A stretch of DNA of 64,000 nucleotides, taken from NCBI GenBank assembly GCA_051294905.1, contig CM119371.1, positions 38,566,001 to 38,630,000 of the forward strand, written 5' to 3'. The notes beneath the pieces were generated by a model. The model did no database searches and had not been told where the DNA came from. It saw only the letters and a list, made by a program, of their open reading frames with translations. This document shows positions 50,956 through 64,000 of the stretch, in pieces. Position 1 is the stretch's first letter, and each line of letters opens with the position of its first letter. This DNA comes from Botryllus schlosseri. Taxonomy: Eukaryota. A program made the position numbers and the translations under genes.

Positions 50956-51231
50956 GGGGAAGCGGGTGGCGCAGTTGGTTAAGCGCCAGCGTCACGACAC
51001 CAATGGCAGTGGCTCGAATCCCGGTTCGGAGCAACTTTTACGTGTCGGGGGTTTATCTGGGATCCTCATCGTTAACCTCACTGCTATAGCAGTGTCTTTA
51101 AAAGGCCAGTATGATGGTGAGCAGCGCCAGTAACAAGTCGGCAGTAAAGTTGGAAGCGCGCGAGCGTGATGTACATGACCTTAATGGGCGATAAACACCA
51201 CTTTTGTATGTGTGTAATAAACCAAACCAAA
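50956..51231 (+). mobile_element. tRNA-derived SINE
   Basis: Same head as 37577-37989; (AAACC)n tail; TSD CCAGTACCATAT. Confidence 0.85.
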
Positions 51232-51321
51232 CCAGTACCATATATTTCGATTTCTAATTAATATCAGTTCTTTTGCATGCATACCGTACATCTTGAAGTA
51301 TAAAAACATGTGGTTAGTAAT

Positions 51322-51826
51322 TAAGGCTGGGCCAAATCGAGTACCTGGGTGATTCGATTCTGAATCACGTCTTACGCTTTGAGTCTAGTCGATTATTCGA
51401 GTATCACTCATTATGACGTCACATCGGAATTTACTATATCAAATATGTACCTTCTATGCCACAAATACCATAATGCCAGTTAGCCGTCACATTAAAGAAT
51501 TTTCGGTATTTTTTCGACCATAACGATTTCATAGTACTTTTTGACAATGATGTGGGATGATCATGACTTCGGAAATGTGTTATTTCCAGTAACGTTCGTA
51601 GCTTTGTACAATGAATCGTATGCTGCGACACGTCCAATCAATGTTTGAATGCTTTCTCAGTGGGAAATCGTATCAAAATTACAATTCTCGTTAGTAAATT
51701 ATCTTTCAGTGCTGAGGAGCGTATAATTTCAGTACTCGAAAAAATCATATTTTACTACTCGACTCCACTCACTAAAATTAATACTCGATTCAGATTCGAG
51801 TACTCGAATCATTGTGCCCAGCCCTA
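51322..51826. mobile_element. hAT-type MITE, family A (inverted)
   Basis: Homologous to 8383-8891; perfect TSD TTAGTAAT. Confidence 0.85.
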
Positions 51827-54800
51827 TTAGTAATGCCTTTAATTTCCAGAAATAAAGCTACACAATATAGCATTTTTACGGTACACCATATTTTTTATTG
51901 ATCTTTACTAATCACACAAAGTGTTTACTCCTCATCCAACACAACATCTTCGTATTGCTCTTCGACTAAACTACAGGCCTTACGATATGGGGGAGTGCGC
52001 AATATCATGATATTTTCTAAAACGTGCTGTTTGAGTAAACAGACGATTAGTATCGCATTTTCATATCAATAATATCATTTTCATTCCATGATGTGGACGA
52101 ATGCTTATGCTATCGAAAATTGGATACCTGCTGGTATGCATCAATATGAATCAAGGTCGTCACTTTTCGCCTAGCTCAATTTGCACCTTTTTATAATCCA
52201 TGTGAACGAATTAGGATCGTTTTCTCAACTACTTACTTGAGTACTTTTAAAGTCAGTCAATTCTACTTATACTTCGAGTAGTTTTAGGTTGCTCAAGGAA
52301 GAAGTACTTCTACTCGTACTTCAGTATATTTTTCCGTCGCTACTTCTACTTTTACTTTAGTAGCTTTCTTGACTACCTTGACCACCTCTGTAATTGCTGG
52401 CGATCTGGGAATCAGTGATTTCAGATGTGATGTTGGTTACCTGATATTACCTTCACGTCAACGCATTATATCAGGATAATACACTGGATGCATAGACGAA
52501 TTAACATCGTGCTATCTGTAATCACTACCCGTACTATCAGTATAGCTCAAACTAATCGAGCATAGCAAGGATTGCATTTGAACAAACGGTGTTTTGGACT
52601 TTTGAAAAGATGGTGTGTTTTTAAGTTTTAAAATTATGCCATAATTGCGTAAATACTTTCCAAAAACATATGCCTATAAGCACAATTACCACCCGATATA
52701 ACCGACGTATTTATCGATATGGGATGGTTAGAACCCTTGAAATAGTAGGTTCAACATTAATAGTAGAGATATTTCACCAATGGAGCTATATGTTTACCCG
52801 ATATTGGTCAATGACAACCAACTATGACGTCACAATTGAACATTTGTGACGTTATGACTTTACCAAAACGATAAAAATCATGTTTTAAATTAGAGTCATG
52901 TTTTAAACATTTTTATTTCTAATTGATTTGTGTCTTGAATGCAACCCTTAGTATAGCTCGCCGCATATACCATTCTCACCATATCGGTAAAAATCTATAA
53001 TACCTCCCAAGCTCAATACCAATTTAATGACTATTTGACATACTGCAGTAGCCAAAGCATATATTTTCAAATAATGAAACATCAGACTTCATACTGAAGT
53101 CTTCAGGCCTAAAAGCAGTTATTTCTTGGATTACTGATGATATGTAATGGTACCGCGTTGTCGATAATTTCGTCATAAACGGGAACAAGTGGTTTTATCT
53201 GGTATTGCGATGATTGAAAATTGCGTACACTCATAAAGCGTCAAGTGTATTCCATTTGTCTGCTGATGCGGCGTATTTTCTGACTGCATCACCGCCATTT
53301 ATTCGTATCTACGCATCTTGATGTAAGGATTTATATGCCAATGTTAAAACAGGACGTTGTGAGGAATTAACCGCTTTTGCGAATCCATTGGAAGCCTCTC
53401 TGAAGAAAAATGTACGCAGATTTTGCAATAGCGTGTGCAGCCAACGACGAAGCCATACGGCATTAGAACATGATTTCCTCATAACATTGCAGTATATTAC
53501 AATTGAAACTGTGAATTCGGGCAACAAACATCCTCACAATCCAATTCCCACTCTATATTCACGGCCAAACTGTAAAAACGTGAACGAGTATGGCCTTGAG
53601 TCTTCCCACGGCTGAACTCGGAAAACTCTTGCTCAAAAGCCGCGTTTTGAGTTCGAATCTAATCACAGATCGTGATTAATTCGACCCCAGTCGAACTCAA
53701 ACTCGTTCTCTCGCTTCGCTTCCTGAATACCGACGCAAAATGAGTTTGAACTCTGAGTAAGGTTAAATGCATTACTTGCGGTTTCGTTGCAGCGTACGCC
53801 TTATCAAACGGTATTGCACATTTTGACTCGAGTCAAGTCATGTCAATTGATTTTCCAAGGTGACTCGAGTCAAGTCAAGTTACTCGATTTTTGGAGATGA
53901 CTCGAGTCAAGTTGAGTCAAGTCAAGTCATGCCACGGGTCAAGTCGCAATTCAAGTGATTCTGCCTTTTCGATGTACGAGGTATGATATCGTCGTTGCAT
54001 TTTGTTAGCCGTGTGCAATAGAGATTGAGTGGTTATTTATTTTTAATCGAAGAGCGATCATAAAGTTTGGTATATAAGCAAAAAGGCGTTAAACAACATA
54101 AATAACTATATAGGTTCAGTCTATAATTATCAGGCAAAATACAAAATAGATACGAAACCTCCGAAAGTAGATACGAAATGATATGATGCGATACACTATT
54201 CACCTACACAGCCATGAGACACAAGTCAAGCCGCCTGCGCCAATGGATGACAAGCAATTTAATATAATCGAGTTATATTTAAATCAGACGAGTGGTTTGG
54301 TTAACGTGAGAACACAGCTCAATGACCAGTCTGTAGAATACAGATAGATATTTTGTAGGGCGATTTTTTTTTGTCATGTCAAAGTTGTTTACAAAGTAGA
54401 AAAAAATTTGACCCCTGCATTTCGTTCGTATTATAGATTTGGCACTGTCGGGGAACTTATAATTTGATATTTTACAGCTTGTAACCTACTTTATAGGCCT
54501 ATAACATTGTAGACTGTCCATTGTCTGCTCATTGTGACTCGTAAACGGTAAATGAAATAAATAGGTTTACATGGTCAACGTATACTTCAATATCCTAACT
54601 GTCAAAGCAAGACTGCATGGGCATTGCGTTGTTCTTATAACCAGAAGCGCACGAGGAAAAACTGTGATGTAGACAGAATGTTCAGAATGAAGTACCACGG
54701 TGTGTCACCAGCAGTGTAGGCACAACTTCCATGTTATCAGTAGGCAAGTTTTTGCAACTTTTTTTACAGCTTCCGACAGCTTCATAGATATTCCGAATCT

Positions 54801-55192
54801 CTGTACTGTGAAGTTTAAGCTATTTGGAGGGATTTTATAGTGCAACTTTTTGCAACTTTTCTTTATTTTTCACACCAATTTTTACTGCAACCTTTATCAA
54901 TATCGCGTCAAAACGTGAAAGGGTGATTTGAATTCATGCTATAAACTATTTGTAGTATGGTTCTATATTCTCTTTGATTTGCATAACAAAGAGCTATGTG
55001 ATGGGTTAGCTGCATATCACTGTGTTCTCTATGACGCATGGCGTGCAAGAAAGAAGTTCTTCTACCGACACATGTCACTTCATTTTAATGGCTTGCGGCT
55101 TACAGATTATTTGCTGCTACTAATCACTGAGAGTGCGTGCCTCATATTACCATGGTCTAGTCAGGGTTTGATTTTTTGTTTTGTTTTGAGGT

Positions 55193-55534
55193 TTTGGTTT
55201 ATTTGACACATACAGCAGTGGTGTTTATCGCCATGTTTATCGGTCATGTGCACCACGACAATGATATCAGTAATGTTCAGATTCCTTGCTTTTTGGTATT
55301 CTTTCCGGACGACTTCCACACTCGCTTGCTCTCAACTTCAGTCTCTCTCTCTTTCATGAGTCCGGACTTGTTCTTTACTGCCGACTTCCTACTGGCGCGG
55401 CTCACCATCACACTGGGGTTTTCGAGACACTGCTATTGCAGTGAGATTAGCGATGAGGAGCCCAGTTAAACCTCCGACACATAGAATATATTTCGAACCG
55501 GGATTCGAACCACAACTGCGCCACTCGCTTCCCC
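55193..55534 (-). mobile_element. tRNA-derived SINE with a deletion between the A and B boxes
   Basis: GGGGAAGCGAGTGGCGCAGTTG-TGGTTCGAATCCCGGTTCG head; body similar to the other two copies; absent at the paralogous site (about 45165). Confidence 0.8.
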
Positions 55535-58500
55535 AAGTTTTTGGGGTAGTCATGGTGTTTTTCAACCACTATGGTCATTTCACCAGGCCGATATTCTTCA
55601 TTTTTATTCCGTAACTGCTGACTTATAGCAGGGCACACTTCCAGGCTTTTTGTAAGATACTGCCTACGCGGATGTGGTGACTAGGATGATCCTAGATAAA
55701 CCTCCAACTCTTACGTATAGGAATCTTGAAGTCGACCGCAACCCATAGGTGTTGCATCCGCGGATTATACCACTGCGTTATCTCGCCACAAGGTGGCTCG
55801 CTCTCTCGCCTTCCTACCATCTCATTTTAATGCAATCTTATGGTCTTTTTGGTCGGATGAATTATAATTATATACTTGAAACCAAATGCTCTGATCTCTA
55901 AATTTGCATAGGTATGTAGGATCGGTCACGTGACAAATGAGGCGACTCACAAGTGTCCAATATCACCAATTACTTATCGCTTGTATATTGACTACAAAAT
56001 TACAATAGGGCCAACGATTATGCAGGTGCGTAGCTATAGTCGGCCCCCTGCTCAATTGGCATCACACGCTACCATACCATTGCTGGCGAGTCCAACAGTA
56101 GTCTATTAGCGGGTTCACGATGTCCCGTCAATATGCACCATATTGTCCAACACGCGCACGGACAGATTTCAACCACTTCGTCTCGGGAACAAAAAGTAAT
56201 AAGCATAATCGGCGATGGATAATAAACTAAGGGCGAAGATAACATAGTTGGATTAGCAATGAAGTGTATTATCGTTTCGTTAGGATTTATTAGCGCAAGT
56301 TGTCTACTAAGCAGAATAGATTCTAACTGAAAACTTACACAATAAAACCAACCCTTGCCTCATCCGTGCAATACAATGTCCATATTAGTGCTTGAAGGAA
56401 TATGATACAATCTCGCGCTTTTCAACCTGCCGGATGGTAGGCAATTGTGCCATGAAAAAACAAAGTGCGTATGACAAACGGAGTGCAGATGAAAATCGTG
56501 CATATGTATTACTTTTTCCAACGCGCAATAATTCAAATAAATTTAATGAAAAATGGAAGCGTATCCCTAACTTTTTTCGTTGTGTCGCATTTGTAAAAAC
56601 TTGTTTGACTTACAACGCCCCACTGATCGTTTACTTTGTCTCGCACCAGCCGTAGTGAATTATTATTTCGTCATTAATTTAAGTAGTTGCACATATTACC
56701 ATCAAATATTATTTCTACCTTCTCAGTATCGGATCAGATTTCCCGGTAGATTGGACGGAGGGGGTTTCTCCGAAAGTTTAGTTAAAGATGATGATGCATC
56801 TTCCGGTGGGCAAATCCCATTGTTGCATGCTATCATTTCTTGACCTCCTGTCAGGTATTGTGGGTATAGTCGGAGGATATTAGAAGCAAATTACAGCTGG
56901 GTATTTCTTAATGGGCTGCATCATCTTTCTCTGTTGCTCGCGCCCGTAATGTGCGGCTCAGAATGCAACGGGTAATACCACAACAAAATCGATAGTGCGA
57001 TCGACACCGTGTCTCAAATTTTTCCAGTAGTTTCCCTAAAATTTGGACTTGCAACCACAACAGATCGCGAATCTATATAGTTGCATGAGATACAACATGA
57101 GAAATTTGTTCAATCATTGGGCACAAAAGCTGTCTTGCTTGCTACGTGACTAAATCGTCAGGTTGCCTAAAAACAATGCACACCGAATTCCACCCGATTC
57201 CAACCACAACATGCCGAGCTCTGCCAAATTGATATTTTGGCAATTTTTGAATAATAGCATTTACGGTAGCAAATTTCGTCACTCTGACATCTCGAAAAGT
57301 CGTATTCCAGGTATGACTAAAGAGGCGGGAATATATTTTCCACTCGTTTCTATCTTGACACGGGCCTATGGCGGAGTTTGGATGAAGACATCACCGGTTA
57401 ACGAAAAAAAGATTTGACACGGATTAGCTGATGGAAATTAGTCCACTCATTTTGAATAGCCACTATAAAAAGATGGCGAGATAATTTTCAAATTAAGTGT
57501 TTTTCACAGTTGTGCACCAATTCTTCTTCACGTGCTTGAATTGATTTTACCGGTTGTACGAATACATTCTGCTTAGCTGAGGTGAAGCATCTGGTAGTGA
57601 GACGAGATATCGCACATAATCACGAATATCTGTTTTGTGAGCATCGGCCTGTTAGCTTTTGCAGGCGTAATGTACCAGATAAGGCCGTGAATATCGTAGG
57701 CCTCGGTCCATATCTATATTCATTGTCGGTCTTCGGTTCTATGTAGATTTCACGAAATCTATACGAGGTCTGCGACTGTATTTTTCAGAATACATTGTAA
57801 TATTACGATATCATATTATTTGCTTTTCAGCACTCCTATAATCCTCTCGCGAGTGAATTGTAACTTATGGAAAATATACAGATGGTCAGGTAAATGGCAT
57901 TCAAAAGTAAATTTGGTTAAGCCTCATATCCTCGTCTTGTGGGCGCTTAAACGTTACATAGCGTATTTAACTTTCCACATCATTCATACCGTTGTGACTT
58001 CACCTCGATATAAAATCGCGTACTATCTCCAACATAGAACCCTAATTAACTTGGAGGCTCCGTGTTTTCCCCAATATGAAAAAATATATTGGACTTATCA
58101 ATGTGCAATCGCACTGGGCAACAATTTTGAGCGAAAAATTTGTTGACTCAGATTTTGCACTTGATTTAGGCTAATTTTGGTATGCTGATTCCAAAAATAT
58201 CGCTGATTTTCTTTGATCACATCGAGTTTTTACTCTATGACATATGCCAAAATATGCAAATTTTCACGAATTTAGCCATATTACTTTTCCATACCATATA
58301 GAAATCCAGTATTTTATTGGATAATAAGTTATGTAGCCAAAGGATCGATTGAAATATTCGGAAAAAGCGGTACTGGTATCGACCAAGGCCGATGCTTTCA
58401 CCGATTTTTGGCAAGAGGATGCAGTCATCCGAGGATATTTCAGACTCCTGATGCAAACTGCAGGATATGGCAAAAAAATAAACATTGCTTTTGCTATCAG

Positions 58501-60103
58501 CTGTCGGTCCAATGCCCCATCTAGCTTATGCAGTGTAACTTGAAACTCCTATAAGCTTGATTTTTTGGATCAAGTTGAAATCTTAGGGATGGCAGGCCTA
58601 ATGATAAAGATTTTGAAATCGAAGATGATTCAGAAAGTAGAGAAGTCCGTCATTACACGGTTAATGATCTGACACAGGCTTCGAGACTTGAAAGAGAAAT
58701 ATTCGGAAATTATCGCTTTCTTGCGAATTTAGAAAAGATTATACTTAGCAAAAGAGCTAAGATATCTCACTTTCGATCACGAAAAACGGCATTTACATCG
58801 TAGGGCTACTTTCGGTAGATTTGTTTATTGCCGTGATACTGGCATTACTATACTATCATGGGTTGCTGGAGAAGATAGAAATCCCGACTCAAGTGAATGT
58901 CAAATGTCTATTGGTATATTTACAAGGATCCTAAAGTATGACATCTCTAAAATAGCAACGTCTTAAGTACTGTAACATTTGCATACTAAGCTAGTCTTCG
59001 TGAATAATACAGAAACATTGATTTTTGCAGTATCAGCTTATAAATTTTTTGTTTTCTTAGTGGTCAGACAATAGGAATACAAATGTAACGCTTATACGCA
59101 TGTGACATTGCCATATGTTCATGTCGGACTGCAGACATTCAAAAAATGCCTAAATATCCTACTAATTTCCCGGAAAACCTTCGATGGGCCAGGAGAAAGC
59201 ATCCCTCAATATTTAAAGATGATGGGGGCATGATTTCAGAGTAGATTGGAGCTCACATATGTTAGCTGACTATTGCCCGGGTGTCAAACGAGACAACGCA
59301 CAGAATTATGAGTTATTAGTAAGGATGGTATGAATGTGAGGTTCACATTCGCGTTCTGTACGTGAACCTCGGAAATTTTGAGGTTCGCGTTCACAACAAA
59401 ACCTTGGTAGGTTCTGTACTGTGAAGCTTTTTCACATATTGCAATTTTCACTTCATTATGACGTCTTTGGTCCAAATTTATTGCATTTCAACTGCGGGCC
59501 ACTCTATGCATGGCCTGGCAGCATTAGAAAACAACACTAAACGAGCATGCGCCTTGACAATCTCAAAAGTTTAACTTGCTTTTTTACAAAAGTTTGCTCA
59601 AAATATACAGCTTTCCGTTTGTTAATATTTAGTGATTTCTTGCTGCGAGCTTGACCCGCAATCACACATAATCACGAGAGGAATACGTAGTCCAAGTCGT
59701 CGCTAGATATCGTGTACATTAATATAGGCTATCACTTCATTGAAAGATTGGGTTGGAATTGGCAATATGACGTCACATGATGCCAAGAGGTTCGCTTTCA
59801 TGTTCACATGAAACCTTTTTAAAAAGGTTCGCGCTCACACGAACCTGAACGTTTCAGAGGTTCACGCGATCCCTAGTTATTAGCGTAAATTTGGCCGCTG
59901 AAACTCACACATTATTTCCTGCAGAAGCAATATCAGTTTAAATCAACCAATTAAAGCAGTGCAAATGTTTATTTCAGGGTTGAGCAAACTACGGCCTGCG
60001 GGCCGCATGCGGCAGGTGACGAAATTTTGCGCGGCCCGCGAAGTCATCGAGTGATTTAATTGAAATATTGATAAAATGCTTAGTGCAAATCTAATGACTA
60101 GAG

Positions 60104-61320
60104 CAGGGGTTCTCAGCCCTTTCTTGGCCGTGACCCATTTTCCGGTTTAAAATTGTGCCGTGGCCCACCTGATATCATAATGTCATAATCCTATCCAATG
60201 CGTGGTCATGGACAGCGCCGATATGCCTATTTCTCCAAAATATGCGCATTTTTCTCCAACTGATGATATTTAAATCCCGAGCTCCCGGAACATGAAATGG
60301 CGCGAAGCGCGAAATTTTTTTTTTCAAGTTGAATAGATTTCCTCCATCAAACAACCAACGACATAATCTCGGGCCCCTTCGAGTTCCTCAATTGGGGGTG
60401 TGGGTGCGGTAGTTACGGCCCTGGTAGATCAGAAGCTAAAACTCCTAAGTATATTATTTTCGTCCGCGGCTCCATTCGCGCCGCGAAACACAATGATCAG
60501 ATCCCCACACTGTGTGATTGGGACTTTAGTGATACTATTGTTGGGAATATTATATTCATTCTGAGCCAGCATCGAAAAATTCATTCGTGGATGGGGAAGA
60601 AAGTGAAGAAAGATTTTTCAATATGCATGATGTACTTTGTATGTCTTGTACCAGAGCAACTGAAGTTGCGATGTCAGAATATTCAATCTAGTGATACGAT
60701 CCAGTCCTGTGACTGTTTCATTATGTACAATGATTTCCAGGCCGGAAATTTTAACCCGACTTCAAAGATTATTGCACTCCGATAAATCCTTAATCCATTA
60801 GGATTCGTGTAGGTGGTGCAGTATACCTCCGCCAGAAGTTCCTAATAATTTGCAATTATGGCTATTTTTAGCTTACAATGATATGTCGTGCCGAAGTAGC
60901 CTACAGTAAATCTGTGCATCAATTTCACTTCATTGCGAGTTCATTGCATACCCCTTTTAACGGCATACGCCATATGACGCTGCCGGAATACTTGGTTACC
61001 TCAGCATTATCTTCCAGTTATTATACGCTTGAAATTATTTTAGTTGCTGTTAGCCGTAGGTTGTCATAGCCACAGTAGAAAAAGCCGCCGTTTCTTCCTA
61101 ACGTTTCCGATTTGTACATGCTGACTTCACACGTGCCACTACGTCTAATCAGGGTCGGATGAAAAGCTTTGTAGCTATGCAGCCTACGTAATTAGATAAT
61201 ACGAATATATTTTTAGCGAATAATATAAGAAATACTAAAGTTACAATAATTCTAAAATTTTCTAAATATCTCTGTGGCCCACCTCAAAATGCTCTGTGGC
61301 CTACCCTTTGAGAACCCCTG
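60104..61320. mobile_element. hAT-type non-autonomous element
   Basis: TIR CAGGGGTTCTCA / TGAGAACCCCTG; perfect TSD GACTAGAG; empty site in the paralogue near 27535. Confidence 0.85.
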
Positions 61321-61614
61321 GACTAGAGAGTCTTGGGTAAACTTTTTCCTAAGATATTTCATCATGATATCGATTAAGTTAAAATCATAATATTTGAAGA
61401 GAATCTTTGGGGTACAGAACTTTAATATACATTTTAATAAAATATATTCATAGTAAAATATATTAAAACCCGAAGCTTTTTGAGCTGACACTTCTCAAGG
61501 GCAATCGTCAGCAAATGGAGAATTTCAAAAACATGCATCTAGCTACATTGCAAACAACCAATTATGACGTCATAGAAACAAATAACATGAAATACAGGCA
61601 AACCGCGAGCGCAG

Positions 61615-61920
61615 CTAGTGGCCAATTTTTAGATTCACTAAAAATTCCTTCTGCTGACACAAGCGCGGTTGGTGGATTTTAATATAAGTCGATTCCAGTG
61701 CAGACAGATGGAAATAAGTGCGGCCTCTACCCAATATAGAAAATCTTTCATCGTGATGGTTTTTAGCGCAAGTTGCATTCTCAGCCAAATGCTTGCCGAA
61801 TGCAGAGTTCATAGCCATGTCCTGATTACGTTCTAGTAATCGCAGATCAGTTACGGCTGCGTCTTCACGAGAGTCCAATGTGCGTGATCTAATAACGCTC
61901 GGAACATGTTTTTGATGCGT
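61615..61920 (-). pseudogene. Penelope-like retroelement fragment (C-terminal GIY-YIG endonuclease region)
   Basis: KHVP...SAFGKHLAENATCAKNHHDERFSILGRGRTYFHLSALESTYIKIHQPRLCQQKEF fits the typical Penelope C-terminal pattern (SAIxxHL, FxIL, LExxxI, PxLCxQKE). It lies in an insertion absent from the paralogue. Confidence 0.8.
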
Positions 61921-62715
61921 TAATATTATTCCATTTTTTCTTTTCGCTGTTGATGAGGTAGCCAGATCTCGAGTCGGGACCCACGCATTTTGAAACGTTT
62001 CTGTTGTTAAACACCCTAGCAATGCAAAACCGAAATCTATTAGTTCCGATCACAATTGTGATTTTCAGTTAGAACGCCGACGTTCAGTGTTGTACTTGGA
62101 AAAGACATTTTGCACGCTTGTTAGGTGGACTCGTTTCCTATGCGCAGTTGGGTGCAAATTGTTCGTAACTATGGCCTCATTTCAATCGTAACAACTTGTT
62201 CAAATCAATACTGAAAGCGAAAAGTGCCAGATGAATGCTTTCCCATCAATGAAGATTTAACTGATTGGTATTATCGGTGTCGGGGATAGCGCAGTATGTT
62301 TTACTTGTAATATTATGACATTATTGTAATGAATTCGTCGCTACAATTTGAAACATCACTTGAATCCGAACATCATGCCTATCGGCGCAATGTATCAAAT
62401 ACTGAGGTGAAAAATATACACCGAATTAATCAAATGTTTGGGACAACAGTAAATTATGTTGATATCGTCCTCACAAAAGAACGTGAAGAAGGCTAGTTTA
62501 ACTCAGTAAGCCTTTTGTTATCAAAACGTATGTACTAACATACTGGTTATGATGATGTGTCAGGTTTGTGCGTTGTGATGAAGCTTAACCAAATGCAAAA
62601 TCAGCATATCAATGAGCCGATCGCTGCCCACATATTCAAACTTCCATCCTGTCCTAAGAATCGGCACAACCTATAACCATCCTTAATTTTGACGAATTGA
62701 TTGAAGATGGCTCGT

Positions 62716-62990
62716 CAGTGTTTCTCAACCTGGGGGCGCGAAGAAGCGGTAAACTGGAAAAAATTTTCGCGCTCGACGCGATTTGCCTCAAATTCACGCG
62801 TGTTTCTCCATATACAGACCTCATTTCATATTTTAGTTCTCTCATCAACACTCATAGCCTTCCATGCCATCAAACAATCTGTTGGGGTTGCTGGCATCCT
62901 GGTTGGATTTTGTGATATGAAGATAAGGGGGCGCAAAATTTTTCACTATCAAAAAGGGGGGCGTGTCTAAAAAAAGGTTGAGAACCACTG
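62716..62990. mobile_element. hAT-type MITE
   Basis: TIR CAGTGTTTCTCAACCT / AGGTTGAGAACCACTG; absent at the paralogous site near 26690; body similar to about 19027-19200. Confidence 0.75.
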
Positions 62991-64000
62991 GACTGGATTA
63001 TAAAATCTTGTTAATGTTCCTGACGTATGTGCATTATCATCAAATCAATGTTAAAATTTTATTAATCCATATCTATTATAATCTCCATGTCTCCTTGGAC
63101 ACTATATAAAAGTTGGCTTATAATTCATAGGCGCCGAGTTACGGGATGACGTGGTGGCGCAGCCACCCCATTCCACATTTATGGGGTGGCGGCCACCCCA
63201 TACAATAAAACTAAACGTCCGACGTCTGCGATTTTAAATCGTCAGCGCTGTCAATTAGCGAGTCCGTGATGGCGCGTAAATGCCAACTATTTACCATCAA
63301 CCGATACACACGCGAATATTTGAATACGCAGCTTCGTCAGCGACAACAAACTTATGCTTAAAACGCCTCCAATAAATTGTAATCCGTGACTAGTAATCAG
63401 ACAATCGAAGCAACCTCGTTTACGACGTCGATTCCGACACGCTTGCGATGAGAAACAACATTTCCTCTCTCGACCAGACGAGCGAATTCACGTTCTCCTT
63501 TTCTTAATTAAATTGTATTAGCGCCCATCATTTAATAAGTAATTCTGAGCGCGAAATATGACAGTGTGTTTCTGTATGCCTGAGAATAGAAAGTCATTCC
63601 TCCGCAAAGTGCGCTATTCATTACTCTAACAAGGCTTTGCCAACTTTTATCGGGAAATGCGAAAATGCAGCTCAAACGTCGTTATAATGAGCAAACAATC
63701 GTCGTGATGTCAGATTTGGAACCCCATTGTGCTGTACGCAAGTTGAGGAATTACTGATTAGATGCGCGCTTTCTAGTTTGCTATCATCTGTAGGATACCA
63801 ATTTTTGTACGCTTGAGACACTCGTATTCACTCGAAGTCACTTGTCAGTGTTTGATTTGTTATCAATACTGCGCGATTTGCAGTGCATGGCGTTGAATTA
63901 GGTTGTCAAATATTGATGCAACACGAGATTCTCGGTGGCGCAAATTCTGAAATTATTCGATTAGATTTAACGGCCACCTTCTATGTTCCAATAAACTTCA

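Larger units (their letters stand above)
50308..52390. mobile_element. hAT-like element with AGTAGAAGTA-type subterminal repeats, hosting a SINE and a MITE
   Basis: TIR CAGAGGTGGTCA / TGACCACCTCTG flanked by (G)TAATTG(C) on both sides; a similar terminus is at about 69-80. Confidence 0.65.
55063..63735. repeat. Right arm of the inverted segmental duplication
   Basis: Reverse-complement match to 25938-27945, 39179-43030 and 45148-45305, with its own insertions. Confidence 0.85.

Noticed and set aside
54928..55206. LAAYHCV resembling the trypsin His motif
   Set aside because: No flanking CGG or activation motif and no supporting splice structure.
56392..56655. ORF conserved with 41948-42229
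   Set aside because: Explained by the segmental duplication; no recognisable domain and the ORF ends differ.

Overview
Repeat-rich eukaryotic (animal, probably invertebrate) DNA; almost all ORFs in the track are spurious. Main contents: (1) a 10.3-kb Polinton/Maverick-type element (28660-39000) with AGTAGT...ACTACT termini, a perfect 6-bp TSD (ACCGAT) and very long (~4.1 kb) near-identical inverted arms around a 1.7-kb spacer, with no recognisable Polinton genes; (2) an older ~9.5-kb foldback (12842-22384) that also ends in AGTAGT/ACTACT; (3) an intact five-exon gene (45714-49951, +) for a secreted 249-aa trypsin-fold protein lacking the catalytic His and Ser, plus an inverted copy of exons 3-5 only (24319-25798, -); (4) a large inverted segmental duplication (about 25938-45305 vs 55063-63735) with copy-specific insertions; (5) many hAT-type MITEs, three tRNA-derived SINEs, an EnSpm/CACTA-like insertion, a Penelope GIY-YIG fragment and a degenerate tRNA-Lys(TTT). 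All alignments were made by eye; no database searches were run.
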